A DNA stretch of 28,578 bases from Bdellovibrionales bacterium (GTDB lineage Bacteria > Bdellovibrionota > Bdellovibrionia > Bdellovibrionales > UBA1609), in assembly GCA_050246815.1 (NCBI GenBank), contig JBFWVI010000029.1:1-28578 (forward strand), in the 5' to 3' direction. The notes below the pieces were generated by a model, which saw nothing but the letters and a program-made list of their open reading frames with translations, made no database searches and was not told the origin of the DNA. Below, piece by piece: positions 27,244-28,578 of this stretch. The position numbers and the translations under genes were made by a program. Within the stretch, counting starts at the first letter, position 1, and each line of letters begins with the position of its first letter.

Positions 27244-28578
27244 CTATTCTTCTTTTTCTTCGGTGTCGTTGGTCGCAGGCGCGCGGTCTTCATAATACTG
27301 TTGGTAAAAGCGTTTTTCGTAGCGACGGAAGGCCTCAAAGCGCACTTCGCCGCCCAAAAGCTTTTTCACTCTGTCGATAGTTTCGGTTTCCAGAGTATCC
27401 ATCTTTTTTAAGCCGTCTTGAACATAGTCCGGATGGATGGCGTCTTTGCGCTCTTGCAGGGTGTTCACCAGTGTGTTGACCATAGACAGCACTTCGATGG
27501 TTTTGTCTTCTTCGATGCGCCACTGTTTAAGCAGGTATGTGGTACAGGCCTTCAGCCATTTTTCCTGAAAGTCCGCGTTTTGGTAGTTTTCAACGAAATT
27601 AAGGGTGTAGATAACCGTGCCCGCATAGGTATCACGCCACTGATCATCCTTGGGGGGATTGAATTTGCGGCGCTCTAAGTCTTCGGCGGCTTCGCGCGCC
27701 CGCGTGTCGGCGGCGGTTTTCATCGGATTTAAATCATCCAGATAAATCTGGTAGCCCCGCTCTGTGCCGTAGAACAAAATCGCGCCCGCGGCTACACCTT
27801 GCGCCAGCCATAACCAACGCTCACTGCGCTTTCGTTTGCGCACGGCCAAATTGCTGACGGTGGTTTCAGACTGCTGCGAAGTCACCATGGTGATGGATTT
27901 TTCCTCGAGAGCCTCATTGATCTTTTGTTGGATAGTCGGGGAGGCCTCAATCCAATCGCCGGACTTGCAGAACTTCACGACCTCGAGCTCAATTTGGTTG
28001 AAGATTTCGTTGGCAATCTTCTGGCGATCCTTAATAAGCGATTCGATCATCTCCGAGCGTGCGCTTTTAATGCGCCCCATTTCCTCAAGCCGCAGTTGAT
28101 CCAGCTGCGTTTGTTGCTCTTTGCGCATACGAGCGATCTCGACCTCCAAAATCGACTTTTGTTCGGCAATTCTAGCATCGCGGTCCAGCTTAAGCGTGTT
28201 CAAGTCTTCTTCGATCACCTGCTTTTCACGCGTCAAATGCCCTTGGCGGGTTTCAAGCTCTTTGATATTGGCCTGCAAGAAGGCCTTAGTTTGCTCCGTT
28301 TTAGTGAGCTCCTCTTGCATGGCGGCTGCTTGCGGCGTGAGTAGGCCAAGCTTTTCTTGGGCTTGGGCCACTGCCGTTTCAAGACTCTTCAACTCTTCAG
28401 CTTGATGATTGCACTTGGGCGTTAACTCCTTGATCTTGGCCTGCAGATCCGCAACCTGCTCTTCAGAGCGTCGTTTGATTTTTTCGAATTCCAGCTTTTT
28501 GCTTTGAACGTAAACGTCGGCCTCTTCCTCTTTAAGAGTTTTGATTTTTTCTGCTTCTTGCAGTTTTTGTTTGGCCAT
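27244..28578 (-). CDS. Long coiled-coil protein with a single TM helix and C-terminal extracytoplasmic domain (probably 5'-truncated)
   Basis: E/K/Q-rich heptad region, basic KRKRSER followed by hydrophobic WLWLAQGVAAGAILFYG, then about 170 aa soluble domain. ORF runs to the window edge. Confidence 0.75.
   Translation of the reverse strand: MAKQKLQEAEKIKTLKEEEADVYVQSKKLEFEKIKRRSEEQVADLQAKIKELTPKCNHQAEELKSLETAVAQAQEKLGLLTPQAAAMQEELTKTEQTKAFLQANIKELETRQGHLTREKQVIEEDLNTLKLDRDARIAEQKSILEVEIARMRKEQQTQLDQLRLEEMGRIKSARSEMIESLIKDRQKIANEIFNQIELEVVKFCKSGDWIEASPTIQQKINEALEEKSITMVTSQQSETTVSNLAVRKRKRSERWLWLAQGVAAGAILFYGTERGYQIYLDDLNPMKTAADTRAREAAEDLERRKFNPPKDDQWRDTYAGTVIYTLNFVENYQNADFQEKWLKACTTYLLKQWRIEEDKTIEVLSMVNTLVNTLQERKDAIHPDYVQDGLKKMDTLETETIDRVKKLLGGEVRFEAFRRYEKRFYQQYYEDRAPATNDTEEKEE

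Overview
Gene-dense bacterial chromosomal segment, most likely from a Bdellovibrionota (Bdellovibrio-like) organism. This is inferred from the FQNC-type lipobox, secreted S1 protease, CdnL-type CarD, HD-GYP protein and gene order. The backbone is housekeeping: 3' end of queA, tgt-yajC-secD-secF-recJ, a basic-protein/queC/DUF366 unit, nfuA-like and MFS genes, fbaB-lysS-rhodanese lipoprotein, HD-GYP/recG, carD, gltX-cysS-uvrB, a diheme cytochrome c lipoprotein and a probably truncated coiled-coil membrane protein. Accessory secreted-protein genes sit in between: an HExxH protein, a trypsin-fold protease and a GT-B/EarP-like protein interrupted at a T8 tract. No rRNA, tRNA, CRISPR array or mobile element was seen. 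Main points of interest: (1) a separately promoted unit in which a histone-H1-like lysine-rich protein precedes an atypical (FPDN) QueC translationally coupled to a DUF366 ligase-fold protein, a candidate uncharacterised 7-deazaguanine module; (2) an HD-GYP with the RxxN signature linked to cGAMP specificity; (3) a rhodanese lipoprotein with no catalytic Cys; (4) the frameshifted secreted glycosyltransferase-like gene. All family assignments come from motif recognition by eye; no searches were run.
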